From an uncultured Gemmatimonadales bacterium (GTDB taxonomy: Bacteria; Gemmatimonadota; Gemmatimonadetes; Gemmatimonadales; GWC2-71-9): 64,000 nt of DNA. The DNA is taken from contig CAWHFW010000005.1 in assembly GCA_963828735.1 (NCBI GenBank), positions 512,001 to 576,000 of the forward strand. Direction: 5' to 3'. A program made the translations under genes and the position numbers. The notes beneath the pieces are model-generated. The model ran no database searches and was not told the DNA's origin. It saw only the letters and a list, made by a program, of their open reading frames with translations. Below, one piece after another: positions 1-8,561 of the stretch (position 1 is its first letter; every line of letters begins with the position of its first letter).

Positions 1-1094
1 TCCTCGAGGCCGCGTCGGTCGCGCACCAGGAGCCCACCCCTCGCGCCGAGCGTCGTCGAGATCGCGATGACCAGCGGCACGGCCAGCCCAAGCGCGTGCG
101 GGCACGCGATCACCAGCACGGTGACCAGTCGCTCGACGGCGAACGCGGGATCGCCGCCGGACCGCCATCCACACCACGAACGTCACCGCGCCCGCAACGA
201 CGGCCGACGATGGTGAGCCAGAACGCCGCGCGGTCGGCCAGGGCCTGGGCTCGCGACCTGGACGTCTGCGCCTGCTCGACCAGCCGCATGATCCCGGCGA
301 GCGCGGTCTGCTCGCCGGTGCCGGTGACCTGCACGCGCAGCGATCCCGGCTCCATTGACCGTTCCGGCGATCACCTGGTGCGCCCTCGATCTTCTTCACC
401 GGCGTCGATTCGCCGGTGATCATCGACTCGTTGACCTCGCTCGAGCCCTCGCGTGACGGTACCGTCGGCCGGAACGCCCGCGCCCGGACGAACCAGCACC
501 AGGTCCCCTGTACGGAGAGCGCTGATGGGCACCTCCTCGACCTCGCCGCCGTGCACGCGGAGCGCGGTGTTCGGCAGCAGCCTGGCCAGCTCTCGCAGCG
601 CGCCCTGGGCCTGGGAGATCGAGCGCATCTCGATCCAGTGCCCCAGGAGCATGATCGTTACCAGCGTCGCCAGCTCCTCCCACAGCGGCATTCCGGGGTA
701 GCCGAGCGTGACGGCCGCGCTGAACACGAACGCCACCGAGATCGCCAGGGCGATGAGCGTCATCATGCCGGGCAGCCGGTCGCGCAGCTCTCGCCACGCA
801 CCCTGGAGGAAGACCAGTCCGCCGTACAGGAACACCGCCGTGCCGAACACGGGAGCGATCCACTGAGAGCCGGGCACATGCGGCGGGGCGTACTTCGAGC
901 ACCCGTGGAAGCATGTGACCCCAGACGAGCGTCGGCACCGTGAGCGACAGCGAGATCCAGAACTTGTCCCGGAACATCGCGACGCTATGGCCTGCGTGTT
1001 TGTCGTGGGCACCGTGTCCCGCGTGCTCGTCGGAACTGTCGTGGTGGACGTGACCGGGCCGGCCATGACTTGCGTGATGATTGTGCTCGTTCAT
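1..1094 (-). CDS. Heavy-metal (copper) translocating P1B-type ATPase, CopB-like; 5' part only, runs off window, frameshifted
   Basis: Pieces in different frames: His-rich N-terminus [10 protein letters not shown]...[54 protein letters not shown] at 1094 overlaps the upstream stop (ATGA). Confidence 0.85.
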
Positions 1095-2581
1095 CGCAAC
1101 ACTCCGCTCTGTCTGTCCGCGTCCCGGTCCTCCGCATGCGCCCTCTGCAGCGTGCTCGGGCGCAACCGGACGTACACCGCGATCCCCGCCGGGGTGCGCG
1201 TGCCGTAACTCGTCTTCAGGGCCTCGGGAACGAAGTTGAGCGAGCCTCGAAGGCCCAGCCCGAGGCTCGCGCCGCCGTACTGCAGGACCTCTCGGACATA
1301 GCCCAGCACCAGCGCGGACACGTTGTAGCGTGATTGCGGGTCGGCGCTCGGGACCACCAGCTCCTCGGCGCTCTTCTGCACCCACTCGGCCCGGCCGAAG
1401 ACACTGTTGCGGTCGTCGAGCTGGGCGTTGCTCTCCAGGAGCAGACTGTGGTCGAAGCCGTGCCCGGGCTCACCGGGCACGGTGTGCTTGTTGGCCCCGT
1501 AGATCAGCGCGCTGGCCCAATCACCACCCCGGCCAGGGTGCCTGGTGTACAGCACCGAAGCCCCGAGCCGGTGCTGGTCTTCCTCAGGCTTGAGCAACTC
1601 GGGGCTCTTCAGGTATCCGTAGCTCGCGGCCAGGCTCCAGTGAGGGTCGGGGTTCACGGTCAGCCGCCCACCGTACGAGTCGAGCGCGCCGAAGTCGAAG
1701 TCGTAGCGGTCGTCGTCCGGCTCGCGGCCCTGGAACAGGGTGCCTTCGAGCTGCACCGTTCGCGTGAACACCCCGGCCGTGATGACGCCGAAGGTGATGT
1801 GGGTCGCGTCCTGCCAGTGGTGGCCCAGCGGCGCGAACGGATCGTTCTGCGCCGAGGGACGATGCATGTAGGCCACCGGGCCGATCGCGGGCTCGCCCAC
1901 CGGCGCGGCGAAGAGGGACACACCCACCGTCCGAGTCACCGGCACCTCGTAGCGGGCCGACAGCTCCATGAAGAGGTCGTGCGGATGCTGCCGGTCGACC
2001 AGGGGGGCGCCCTGATACGACTCACCCGTCTGCACGAGCAGCGGGTAGCCTCGAGCCCCCACAGTGAACGGCTCCGCGCTGAGCATGCCGTGCAGATGCA
2101 GCATCCCGGCACCGATCGGGTGCATCGCCATGAGCATCGCCCAGTTGGTGCTGCCGATCTGGTCGTCGCCACGTGGGCTGCCCTGATGGTCGTAGTACAT
2201 CCCCACCTCTCCGTGCAGCATCAACGTCCAGCCGTCCGGCATGAAGTGGTAGGCGCGCATGGGCGAGGCGTCCGGCAGCCACGAGGTGCCCGAGCCCATC
2301 CGGCTCATGGGAATCCCGAACGGCCGGGACGGCATCGCCGCCATGCCGGGCATTGGCCCCATACCAGCCATGTCACCCATCGCAGCCATCGAGTCGCGGC
2401 TCATGGCCGAGTCATGTGCCATCGGCCGGGCCGATGTGTCCGCGTGCTCGGGCGCGTGGGGATGCTCGTGCTCCTGGGCTCGAGCAACTTCTAGAGGCCA
2501 GAGCACCAGGCACGCCACCGCGAGTGCCGTCGCCGAATGGCGGAGCCGGACCGTGCTTCGAGCAGTCTCGAGGTCCAGCAT
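1091..2581 (-). CDS. Met/His-rich secreted or outer-membrane protein in copper operon
   Basis: AGGAGG RBS before ATG 2581; signal peptide ending ARA-Q; Met-rich linker; SGTSWLP motif; amphipathic beta-strand-like C-terminus. Confidence 0.7.
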   Translation of the reverse strand: MLDLETARSTVRLRHSATALAVACLVLWPLEVARAQEHEHPHAPEHADTSARPMAHDSAMSRDSMAAMGDMAGMGPMPGMAAMPSRPFGIPMSRMGSGTSWLPDASPMRAYHFMPDGWTLMLHGEVGMYYDHQGSPRGDDQIGSTNWAMLMAMHPIGAGMLHLHGMLSAEPFTVGARGYPLLVQTGESYQGAPLVDRQHPHDLFMELSARYEVPVTRTVGVSLFAAPVGEPAIGPVAYMHRPSAQNDPFAPLGHHWQDATHITFGVITAGVFTRTVQLEGTLFQGREPDDDRYDFDFGALDSYGGRLTVNPDPHWSLAASYGYLKSPELLKPEEDQHRLGASVLYTRHPGRGGDWASALIYGANKHTVPGEPGHGFDHSLLLESNAQLDDRNSVFGRAEWVQKSAEELVVPSADPQSRYNVSALVLGYVREVLQYGGASLGLGLRGSLNFVPEALKTSYGTRTPAGIAVYVRLRPSTLQRAHAEDRDADRQSGVLR

Positions 2582-2637
2582 TGAGATCCTCCTAGTCGCG
2601 ATGATCCTGGAGCCCTGCGGCTCCGCGCGCAAATGGA

Positions 2638-3093
2638 CTAGGCGATCGGTTGCGGGGGTCGAGTGTCTGGGGACGACGCGGTGGAGGAAAACGTGACGTC
2701 AGCCGACTCTAAGGTGACTCTGCGTCCAGGGAGCTGAACGAGTGCGGCCTTGGCCGGTGGAACGGCGGACAAGGTGAGACTGGTGCAAGCCACCATGCTC
2801 CGGCAGTCAGGGGCTGGACAGTGGTGGCATCCGCCACCCCGAGTGTCTAGCCAAACCGGAGGCGCGAGCACTCGGTCTGGCGCCACGGACACCGGCACAC
2901 TCTCGTGCCCGGTCATCAGGTGCGAGCGGCAGTGCGGCGAGCCGTTCACTCCCGCGATGGGACTGGCGATGCCCAGGAGGCCACACACCGTGAGGCTCAC
3001 CAGCAGCGCATCCTGCCACTTGCGCTTAACCACGGCGACGGTCGCACTGACGAGACAGGACGCCAGGACCAGAGTGATTACGACGTCCCGCAT
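2638..3093 (-). CDS. Small exported Cys/His-rich protein with C-terminal Pro motif (DUF2946/CutF/CruR-like leader)
   Basis: Hydrophobic N-terminus, CHHCPAPDC..C, ends PDTRPPQPIA; directly upstream of copper genes. Confidence 0.55.
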   Translation of the reverse strand: MRDVVITLVLASCLVSATVAVVKRKWQDALLVSLTVCGLLGIASPIAGVNGSPHCRSHLMTGHESVPVSVAPDRVLAPPVWLDTRGGGCHHCPAPDCRSMVACTSLTLSAVPPAKAALVQLPGRRVTLESADVTFSSTASSPDTRPPQPIA

Positions 3094-3106
3094 TAGCCGA
3101 TCCAAG

Positions 3107-3526
3107 TTATTTCGTGAGGACCAGGACCACGACCTCTTCGCCGAACGTCCCTTGTGCGCGCAGACGGCTGGGCTCTGCGGTGAACGGGACATCCCGCATG
3201 AAGGTGTCGGCCGCCTGATCGAAGGTGACTGTCGTGCTCCTCAGGGTCCACGTACCGGCAAGATTGGCGTCCAAGTTCTCGCCTCCTGCACCAACGCCTG
3301 GCACCAAGATGCGACCTGAGGTCGTGCCATCTGGCGCTAAGGTGATCGTGACACTCGCGCCCATCGCAAGTAAGTCGGTCGCGCCGCTGCCGCCGTCGAA
3401 GGTGAAGGTGGTCGCCTGGTAGGTACCAGCCACCTCATCCACGGTCGGATTGAAGCCATCGTCCCCGCAGCTGAGCAGGCTGAGCCATAGGGTGACAGCG
3501 CCAAGCTTCGAGACAACGCGAGGCAC
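3107..3526 (-). CDS. Hypothetical lipoprotein
   Basis: GGAGG RBS + GTG; lipobox LLSC followed by GDD; beta-rich body. Confidence 0.7.
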   Translation of the reverse strand: MPRVVSKLGAVTLWLSLLSCGDDGFNPTVDEVAGTYQATTFTFDGGSGATDLLAMGASVTITLAPDGTTSGRILVPGVGAGGENLDANLAGTWTLRSTTVTFDQAADTFMRDVPFTAEPSRLRAQGTFGEEVVVLVLTK

Positions 3527-3650
3527 GGGTACACCTCCGCCAGGATGGGATGTGGATGTGGTGGTGCTGATCCGGCCGCGAAGGCTCGAAGCTCGCCCCA
3601 CAGTCGGCGCAGTCGCGCTCGAGCCACGCGGGCAGCGGGGCCGCACGATC

Positions 3651-3788
3651 TGATGCCGTGAACCGAACTGTGTAGCGGCGTTACACAGTTGGTGGGCGCG
3701 GTTTCCGGGGCAGACCCTATCGCTTGAGTCCCTCCCGGTACCACCTGACGCCATGAGCCGAACTGTGTCACGGCGTGATACAGTTGGT
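3651..3788. repeat. Two 43-bp imperfect direct repeats, each containing an 11-bp-arm hairpin
   Basis: 3651-3693 TGATGCCGTGAACCGAACTGTGTAGCGGCGTTACACAGTTGGT; 3746-3788 TGACGCCATGAGCCGAACTGTGTCACGGCGTGATACAGTTGGT. Confidence 0.85.
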
Positions 3789-3881
3789 CCTTAGTCGGAG
3801 AGCGCTCCGCGAAACGAACTCCGCCGCACCCCAGAAGGAGTCGCACGGCGCAACAGCTCCCGGCGCTCAGGTCGCTGTCGC

Positions 3882-4079
3882 TCATGATGCCGGCCTCTCG
3901 CGGCTGGTCATGATGGCGGTCTGCAACGCCTGCACATAGGCCGTGAGCGTGACAAGCGCCGCCTGATACTCCGCGCCTAGGCCATCGGCCGTGGCCAGCT
4001 CCTCGGTGCGCCGCACGATGGTCAGCGCGTACTCCGCCGCGCGCAGGAGGTCTTCATCTTCGATCATCCGGCCACTCAT
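3882..4079 (-). CDS. Small hypothetical helical protein
   Basis: GGAGGT RBS, ATG 4079, 65-aa amphipathic sequence. Confidence 0.5.
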   Translation of the reverse strand: MSGRMIEDEDLLRAAEYALTIVRRTEELATADGLGAEYQAALVTLTAYVQALQTAIMTSRERPAS

Positions 4080-4096
4080 GGTGAACCTCCGCCGCT

Positions 4097-4342
4097 TCAG
4101 CTCCGCCTGGCTTCCGCCGCTGCGCGGTATGCCCCCAGCTTGCGCCATCGCGGGTCGAGCGCGCGCACCTGGGCAGCCGTGAGCGTCTCGTGCTCGACGA
4201 GCGCCTCCGCCACCGCCTTCACCCACGGCCAGTGCGCGTCGAGGCGTCGGCGCACTGGCGGTGGACGCGCTGTACGACGTGATGGTGCACTCGTGGGCGC
4301 CGCTTGCCACCCCGAATGCGGTGAAGGGACCATATCGGGCAC
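4097..4342 (-). pseudogene. Gene remnant resembling the C-terminal helices of FtsH/peptidase M41-like proteins
   Basis: LDAHWPWVKAVAEALVEHETLTAAQVRAL; no HExxH seen. Confidence 0.35.
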
Positions 4343-4403
4343 GGCCCCTTCGCTACGCTGCGGGTGACAGAGTGGTGCGCTCCGGTGACAGTTGTCGCTG
4401 AGC

Positions 4404-5126
4404 TCAGGCTGTTAGCCCGAATACCGTCAGAACGATCAGCAGCGCGGCGGCCAATGCCACCAGCCCCGACAACCCCCAATAGAGCCGGCCCAGCCCCATA
4501 TACTTGGCTCGAACGACCCGCGCGAGGTTGTAGGCGATGATCACGACCTCTGCGTTGAGCTGCTCCATGCGGGCCTCGCCCCAGGCCTGCCGATACGCGT
4601 CGAGCTCGTAGCCGGCGATGCCCTCCCAATAGAGGATGCCGAGCAGTCCCGAACTCCCTTCATGGCCGTTGCGCAGCAGATGCGCGTACTGCAGTGGCCG
4701 GGGCCGCAGACAGTCCACCGCGTAGTACACGAAGAGGAACGTCAGTCCGCCGTACACCCCGATGAAGCCGATCAGCCAAGCTCTCGACGTCGGCGGCAGC
4801 TCGCCCAGCAGGTGCGAGCGCGAGACCACCAGGAACACGAAGGCGTTCAGCACGCTCATCACCACCAGCGCGTACCGGGCCCGGTGGTCGGCCAGCTCGA
4901 TCACGTGCCGCCCTTCGTCCACCAGCTCAGAAAGGATCCGAAAGCGCTCGAAGCTTTGCGGCGGCCGCCCCGCGTCGCGCCGCCGCTTCGCTTCCTGTTT
5001 CAGCCGCTTGCGAGCCTGCTTGGCGTGCTCGCCGGGCACCAGCTCGGGTCGCAGCGGTGCGCCGCCCAAGACGGCTTCCAGTCGCTCAGCGACCTCGGGC
5101 TCCGCGATACTATGGTGAGTTGCCAT
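4404..5126 (-). CDS. Pycsar effector-like (DUF5706) transmembrane protein
   Basis: ADHRA-TM-TM-LRPR...GILYW..I...AYNLARVVRAKY..L-TM pattern. Confidence 0.7.
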   Translation of the reverse strand: MATHHSIAEPEVAERLEAVLGGAPLRPELVPGEHAKQARKRLKQEAKRRRDAGRPPQSFERFRILSELVDEGRHVIELADHRARYALVVMSVLNAFVFLVVSRSHLLGELPPTSRAWLIGFIGVYGGLTFLFVYYAVDCLRPRPLQYAHLLRNGHEGSSGLLGILYWEGIAGYELDAYRQAWGEARMEQLNAEVVIIAYNLARVVRAKYMGLGRLYWGLSGLVALAAALLIVLTVFGLTA

Positions 5127-5560
5127 GACCCAACCCCGCGTGAAGGAGTTCCCCCATTGTAGGTTAGCTCGGAGGCGATGAACCGGTGATGAAGCGCCCT
5201 TGAAGCGCCGTTCATACCGGGCTCGGGAGCGCGATGGCTGCCGCCGCGGTCCGAGTTGCCCCTCGTGGGCTTGAACCAGGACTCTTCTGATCCAGAGTGA
5301 CCGCTGTGCCCCCCGACTTCCGGCAACTTGCAGCCATTCACGCGAGATCATATCACCTGATGCCGGGCGTCGCGGGGTCTGATGCTGGACTTTTTTGAGT
5401 ATCTCTTCCCGGGAGCCAAGCAGTTCCCACGGGCAGACGACCTTGGCCAGGTAGCCCATCGGCTGCTCGCGGCGCTAAGGCCGATCATTTGGAGCACCAT
5501 TAATCAGCGTCTCGGCCAGGGAGACCCTGCTGGTGATCACACAGCGCCTCGAAGCACGCA

Positions 5561-5594
5561 CAAAACAAAACGGGTTGGCTCAAGCCAACCCGTT
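5561..5594 (-). terminator. Rho-independent terminator of the tRNA operon
   Basis: aacgggttggct/agccaacccgtt inverted repeat followed on the minus strand by a T-rich tail (TTTTGTTTTG). Confidence 0.8.
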
Positions 5595-5625
5595 CTCTCG
5601 CACGCTATTCTGTATTGTGCTGTAG

Positions 5626-5698
5626 TGCGCCGCGTAGGAATCGAACCTACAACCTAGTGATTAAGAGTCACTTGCTCTGCCAATTGAGCTAGCGGCGC
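5626..5698 (-). tRNA. tRNA-Lys(CTT)
   Basis: GCGCCGCTAGCTCAATTGGCAGAGC...GACT-CTT-AATC...GGTTCGATTCC; CCA not encoded. Confidence 0.95.
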
Positions 5699-5726
5699 TC
5701 ACCTTCGTCCCTACGCCCCGGCCCCA

Positions 5727-5798
5727 TAGCCCCAAGGGGAGTCGAACCCCTCTCTGGACCTTGAAAGGGTCCCGTCCTAACCGATAGACGATGGGGCC
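5727..5798 (-). tRNA. tRNA-Glu(TTC)
   Basis: GGCCCCATCGTCTATCGGTTAGGAC...CT-TTC-AA...GGTTCGACTCC. Confidence 0.95.
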
Positions 5799-5817
5799 CT
5801 ACTCCTGCCTCCTGCTA

Positions 5818-5890
5818 TAGCGCTAACGGGATTCGAACCCGTGTTTGGGCCTTGAGAGGGCCCCGTCCTAGTCCCCTAGACGATAGCGCC
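5818..5890 (-). tRNA. tRNA-Glu(CTC)
   Basis: GGCGCTATCGTCTAGGGGACTAGGAC...CT-CTC-AA...GGTTCGAATCC. Confidence 0.95.
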
Positions 5891-5925
5891 TTGGGTCCCG
5901 CGATCCTGCCACACACACCCACGCA

Positions 5926-5998
5926 CAGGCCCGGAGGGAATCGAACCCCCAACCCCCGGTTTTGGAGACCGGTGCTCTACCAATTGAGCTACGGACCT
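5926..5998 (-). tRNA. tRNA-Trp(CCA)
   Basis: AGGTCCGTAGCTCAATTGGTAGAGCACCGGTCT-CCA-AAACCGG...GGTTCGATTCC. Confidence 0.95.
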
Positions 5999-6012
5999 CT
6001 GACCTCTACCAG

Positions 6013-6087
6013 GGTGGCTGACGGGACTTGAACCCGCAACCTCCGGAGCCACAGTCCGGCGCTCTAACCGATTGAGCTACAACCACC
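6013..6087 (-). tRNA. tRNA-His(GTG)
   Basis: G(-1)GTGGTTGTAGCTCAATCGGTTAGAGCGCCGGACT-GTG-GCTCCGG...GGTTCAAGTCC; C discriminator. Confidence 0.95.
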
Positions 6088-6120
6088 GCGAGGAGCCTGG
6101 GCCCCGTTCCAGAGCCCGAA

Positions 6121-6150
6121 AAAGTACCGCGCCATCCGGGTTCTGGTCAA
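6121..6150 (-). promoter_or_regulatory. Sigma70-type promoter of the tRNA operon
   Basis: TTGACC-18 bp-TACTTT, about 33 bp upstream of tRNA-His. Confidence 0.7.
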
Positions 6151-6779
6151 GGCCAGAACCTGCTCGCGAGCCGCTCCGTTTCGGGCGCTTCCGCAATCGC
6201 TCCGCCGTCGAGTGAGGCGACCGGTACGACGCCGCGGACCGCGTTCGCGACGAACATCGGCATGCCCCGGACCTCGTCGATGGTCACCTTCCGCTCCCGG
6301 ATCTCGCCCACGATCTCGGCGATCCGGGCCCGGGCGACGCCCGGCAGGATCCCGAGCTCGAGCGGCGGCGCCGCCACCTGGCCGTCCTCCCACCAGAATA
6401 CGCCCCAGATGGCCGTCTCGGCGACCTGCCCGCCGACCGTGAGCAGCAGTCCGTCGTCCGCCCCCGCCGCCTTGGCGTCGGCGAGCGCCCGATCGAATCG
6501 CTCGCGGTCGACAAGCTTATGCGGATACGGGCGATGGACCACCTTGGACGTCAGCAGCCGCACGGGAGCGACGTTTCCTACCGGACGCTCACCCACCACC
6601 AGCCCGCGCCGGCTCGCCAGCATCCGATGCACGCGATCGGCCCCGCCCTCAGGCGTGATCAGCTCCGTCGGGATCGGGACACCCAGCGCCCGACAGCTCG
6701 TGGCGAGGCGCCGGACGTGGAGGTGCCAGAGCGGTGCGGCGCCGTTCCGGATCCGGACGGTCTCGATTAGGGTATCCAT
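6147..6779 (-). CDS. Aminotransferase class IV / aminodeoxychorismate lyase-like
   Basis: LIETVRI, HVRRL, PHK, DDGLLL, GILPGVAR, ANAVRGV motifs. Confidence 0.85.
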   Translation of the reverse strand: MDTLIETVRIRNGAAPLWHLHVRRLATSCRALGVPIPTELITPEGGADRVHRMLASRRGLVVGERPVGNVAPVRLLTSKVVHRPYPHKLVDRERFDRALADAKAAGADDGLLLTVGGQVAETAIWGVFWWEDGQVAAPPLELGILPGVARARIAEIVGEIRERKVTIDEVRGMPMFVANAVRGVVPVASLDGGAIAEAPETERLASRFWP

Positions 6780-7711
6780 CGCGAGCTCCCTTCGACAGCG
6801 CCACCGCCGCCGTTCGCGACCACCGCCAACTCCGCCGGAGGGGTGATCGCGCGCTGCGCACGCGCGTCGAGCCAGCCCTTGAGGGTCGTCGCACCGAGGA
6901 TGATCGCGCCGCCCAACAGCGCCCAGGGGCCCGGCCGCTCGCCCTGGAACAACCACGCCCATACCGGATTGAGCACCGGCTCGATCAACAGGATCAGCGA
7001 GGCCTCGAGCGCCGGGATGTGCCGCAATCCCGACGTCACCAGCACGTAGGCGACCGCGATCTGGAACACACCGAGGTAGATCACCACCGCCCAGTCGACC
7101 GTCGAGTGCCCGCTGAGCGGGAGCGCCATCGGCAGCGCGACCAGGAACGCCGTGACGTTGCCGCTCACCACCGCGGCCATCGCCGATCCCTGCCCCCGTT
7201 CGCCCGCTCCCAGCCATCGGAGCCCGCACACCGTCAGCGCCCAGCAGAAACCGCTGACGAGCGCCAGGATGTTCCCGCGCACGGGATCGGGCGCGGTGGC
7301 CACCGGCGCCTCCGCGCTGACGAAGAACAGCGCCAGCCCGACGCCCACCGCCGCCATGAGACCGAGGTCCTGCCGCCGGATCGGCTCCTTGAGGAGCCAG
7401 GGACTCAGCACCAGTAGGTACAGCGGCGCGGTGCTCTGCAGGAAGATCGTGTTCGCCGCGGTGGTGAGCCGGTTGGCAAGGACGAACAGGGTGAGGCAGG
7501 CGGCGTAGGCCAATCCCACGAGCACCGCGCGCACGCTCCATCCGCGGCGGGCCGCCGGCGTGATGAGCACGATCGCGAGTGCGGCGATGCCGCTCCGAAG
7601 GCACGCCGTCTGCCAGCCGGTGAACTCGGCGGCCTTGATCGCCGCGCCGCCGGTCGAGAACAGCATGGCGGCGACCGCGAGCTGCAGCCGGGCGCGAGGA
7701 CGGGCGGGCAT
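6767..7711 (-). CDS. EamA/DMT family transporter
   Basis: About 10 TM helices, two EamA repeats (TAPLY, IEPVLNPVW). Confidence 0.9.
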   Translation of the reverse strand: MPARPRARLQLAVAAMLFSTGGAAIKAAEFTGWQTACLRSGIAALAIVLITPAARRGWSVRAVLVGLAYAACLTLFVLANRLTTAANTIFLQSTAPLYLLVLSPWLLKEPIRRQDLGLMAAVGVGLALFFVSAEAPVATAPDPVRGNILALVSGFCWALTVCGLRWLGAGERGQGSAMAAVVSGNVTAFLVALPMALPLSGHSTVDWAVVIYLGVFQIAVAYVLVTSGLRHIPALEASLILLIEPVLNPVWAWLFQGERPGPWALLGGAIILGATTLKGWLDARAQRAITPPAELAVVANGGGGAVEGSSRWIP

Positions 7712-7907
7712 GGCGCGAAGATAACCGCGGCTCGATCGAGAACGCCATCGCGGCTGGTGTCATCGGCATGCTCGGCCAGCTCCTGGACCAGCACATGGAC
7801 GGGGTCGGTGCTGGTGGTCCGGCGGGATGCCTGAATGTTGGCGAATGGACCCCACGCGGCCCGGGTGTTCGAAGGTGGCGTAGCCGGTATTCGCCGGATC
7901 CGCGCCG

Positions 7908-8219
7908 TTAATCGACGCCCACCACCGTCTGCAGGAGCCGAGGGTGCTCCGGGTCCGATAGATCGACCCAGGTCCAGGGCACCCGCCTCGTGCGTGCACG
8001 GCGCCCGAGCCCAAGCGCCCGAAGCGTAGGAAGCTGGTGCCCGAAGGCGAGCAGGCGCGCAAGTCGGCCATGCGGACCTACCACGAGGTGTGTGACCAGG
8101 TACTCGTCGCCGTCCGGCACGGCCTCGACGTCCTCGATCCTGCCCACGGGAAAGCCGTGGGCGTCCATCAGGAGGCAGCCCATCAGGCGCTCCAACCGGA
8201 TCTCGCGCGCGGCCGTCAC
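7908..8219 (-). CDS. PRC-barrel-like hypothetical protein
   Basis: LMG..LMDAHG..VGRIEDV...RVPW; GTGA overlap with the upstream gene. Confidence 0.65.
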   Translation of the reverse strand: MTAAREIRLERLMGCLLMDAHGFPVGRIEDVEAVPDGDEYLVTHLVVGPHGRLARLLAFGHQLPTLRALGLGRRARTRRVPWTWVDLSDPEHPRLLQTVVGVD

Positions 8220-8560
8220 GCGCCGGGGATCCGCCCGATGACGTGGTCCCGAACCCATCGCTCCCAGTGCAGCGCCGGACTCGGCTCCGTCTCCACGTCC
8301 ACCTTGACGTCCACGCCGATCTTCACGACCCGACTCCATGGAATGCGAGCCGTGTGGCCCGGGCCGCCCAGCTTCCGCTCGACCCAGCGCGCCAGCCCGC
8401 GGTGAAGCCGCCAGAGAATCGTCGTACCACCCACCACTACGTGCGTCGCGCGAGCCGGCTCGCCCGCTCGTGCCTCCAGCACGATGCCGTCCACCTTGCC
8501 CATCTGGCAGTCATGGACGTCGATGACCTCCTGGTCGAGCACCGTGCGGCCGAGCAGCAT
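8216..8560 (-). CDS. PRC-barrel-like hypothetical protein
   Basis: LDQEVID..D..MGKVDGI...RIPWSRV. Confidence 0.7.
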   Translation of the reverse strand: MLLGRTVLDQEVIDVHDCQMGKVDGIVLEARAGEPARATHVVVGGTTILWRLHRGLARWVERKLGGPGHTARIPWSRVVKIGVDVKVDVETEPSPALHWERWVRDHVIGRIPGA

Positions 8561-8561
8561 C

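Noticed and set aside
1..1094. Programmed frameshifting or pseudogenisation of the Cu ATPase (also at ~40320, 57-60 kb, 63.6-64 kb)
   Set aside because: Scattered single-base indels in otherwise conserved genes, clustered near the window ends, look like sequencing or assembly errors; no slippery-site plus structure signature seen
3651..3788. Mini-CRISPR or integron attC sites
   Set aside because: Only two imperfect copies; no cas gene or IntI; no GTTRRRY/RYYYAAC ends
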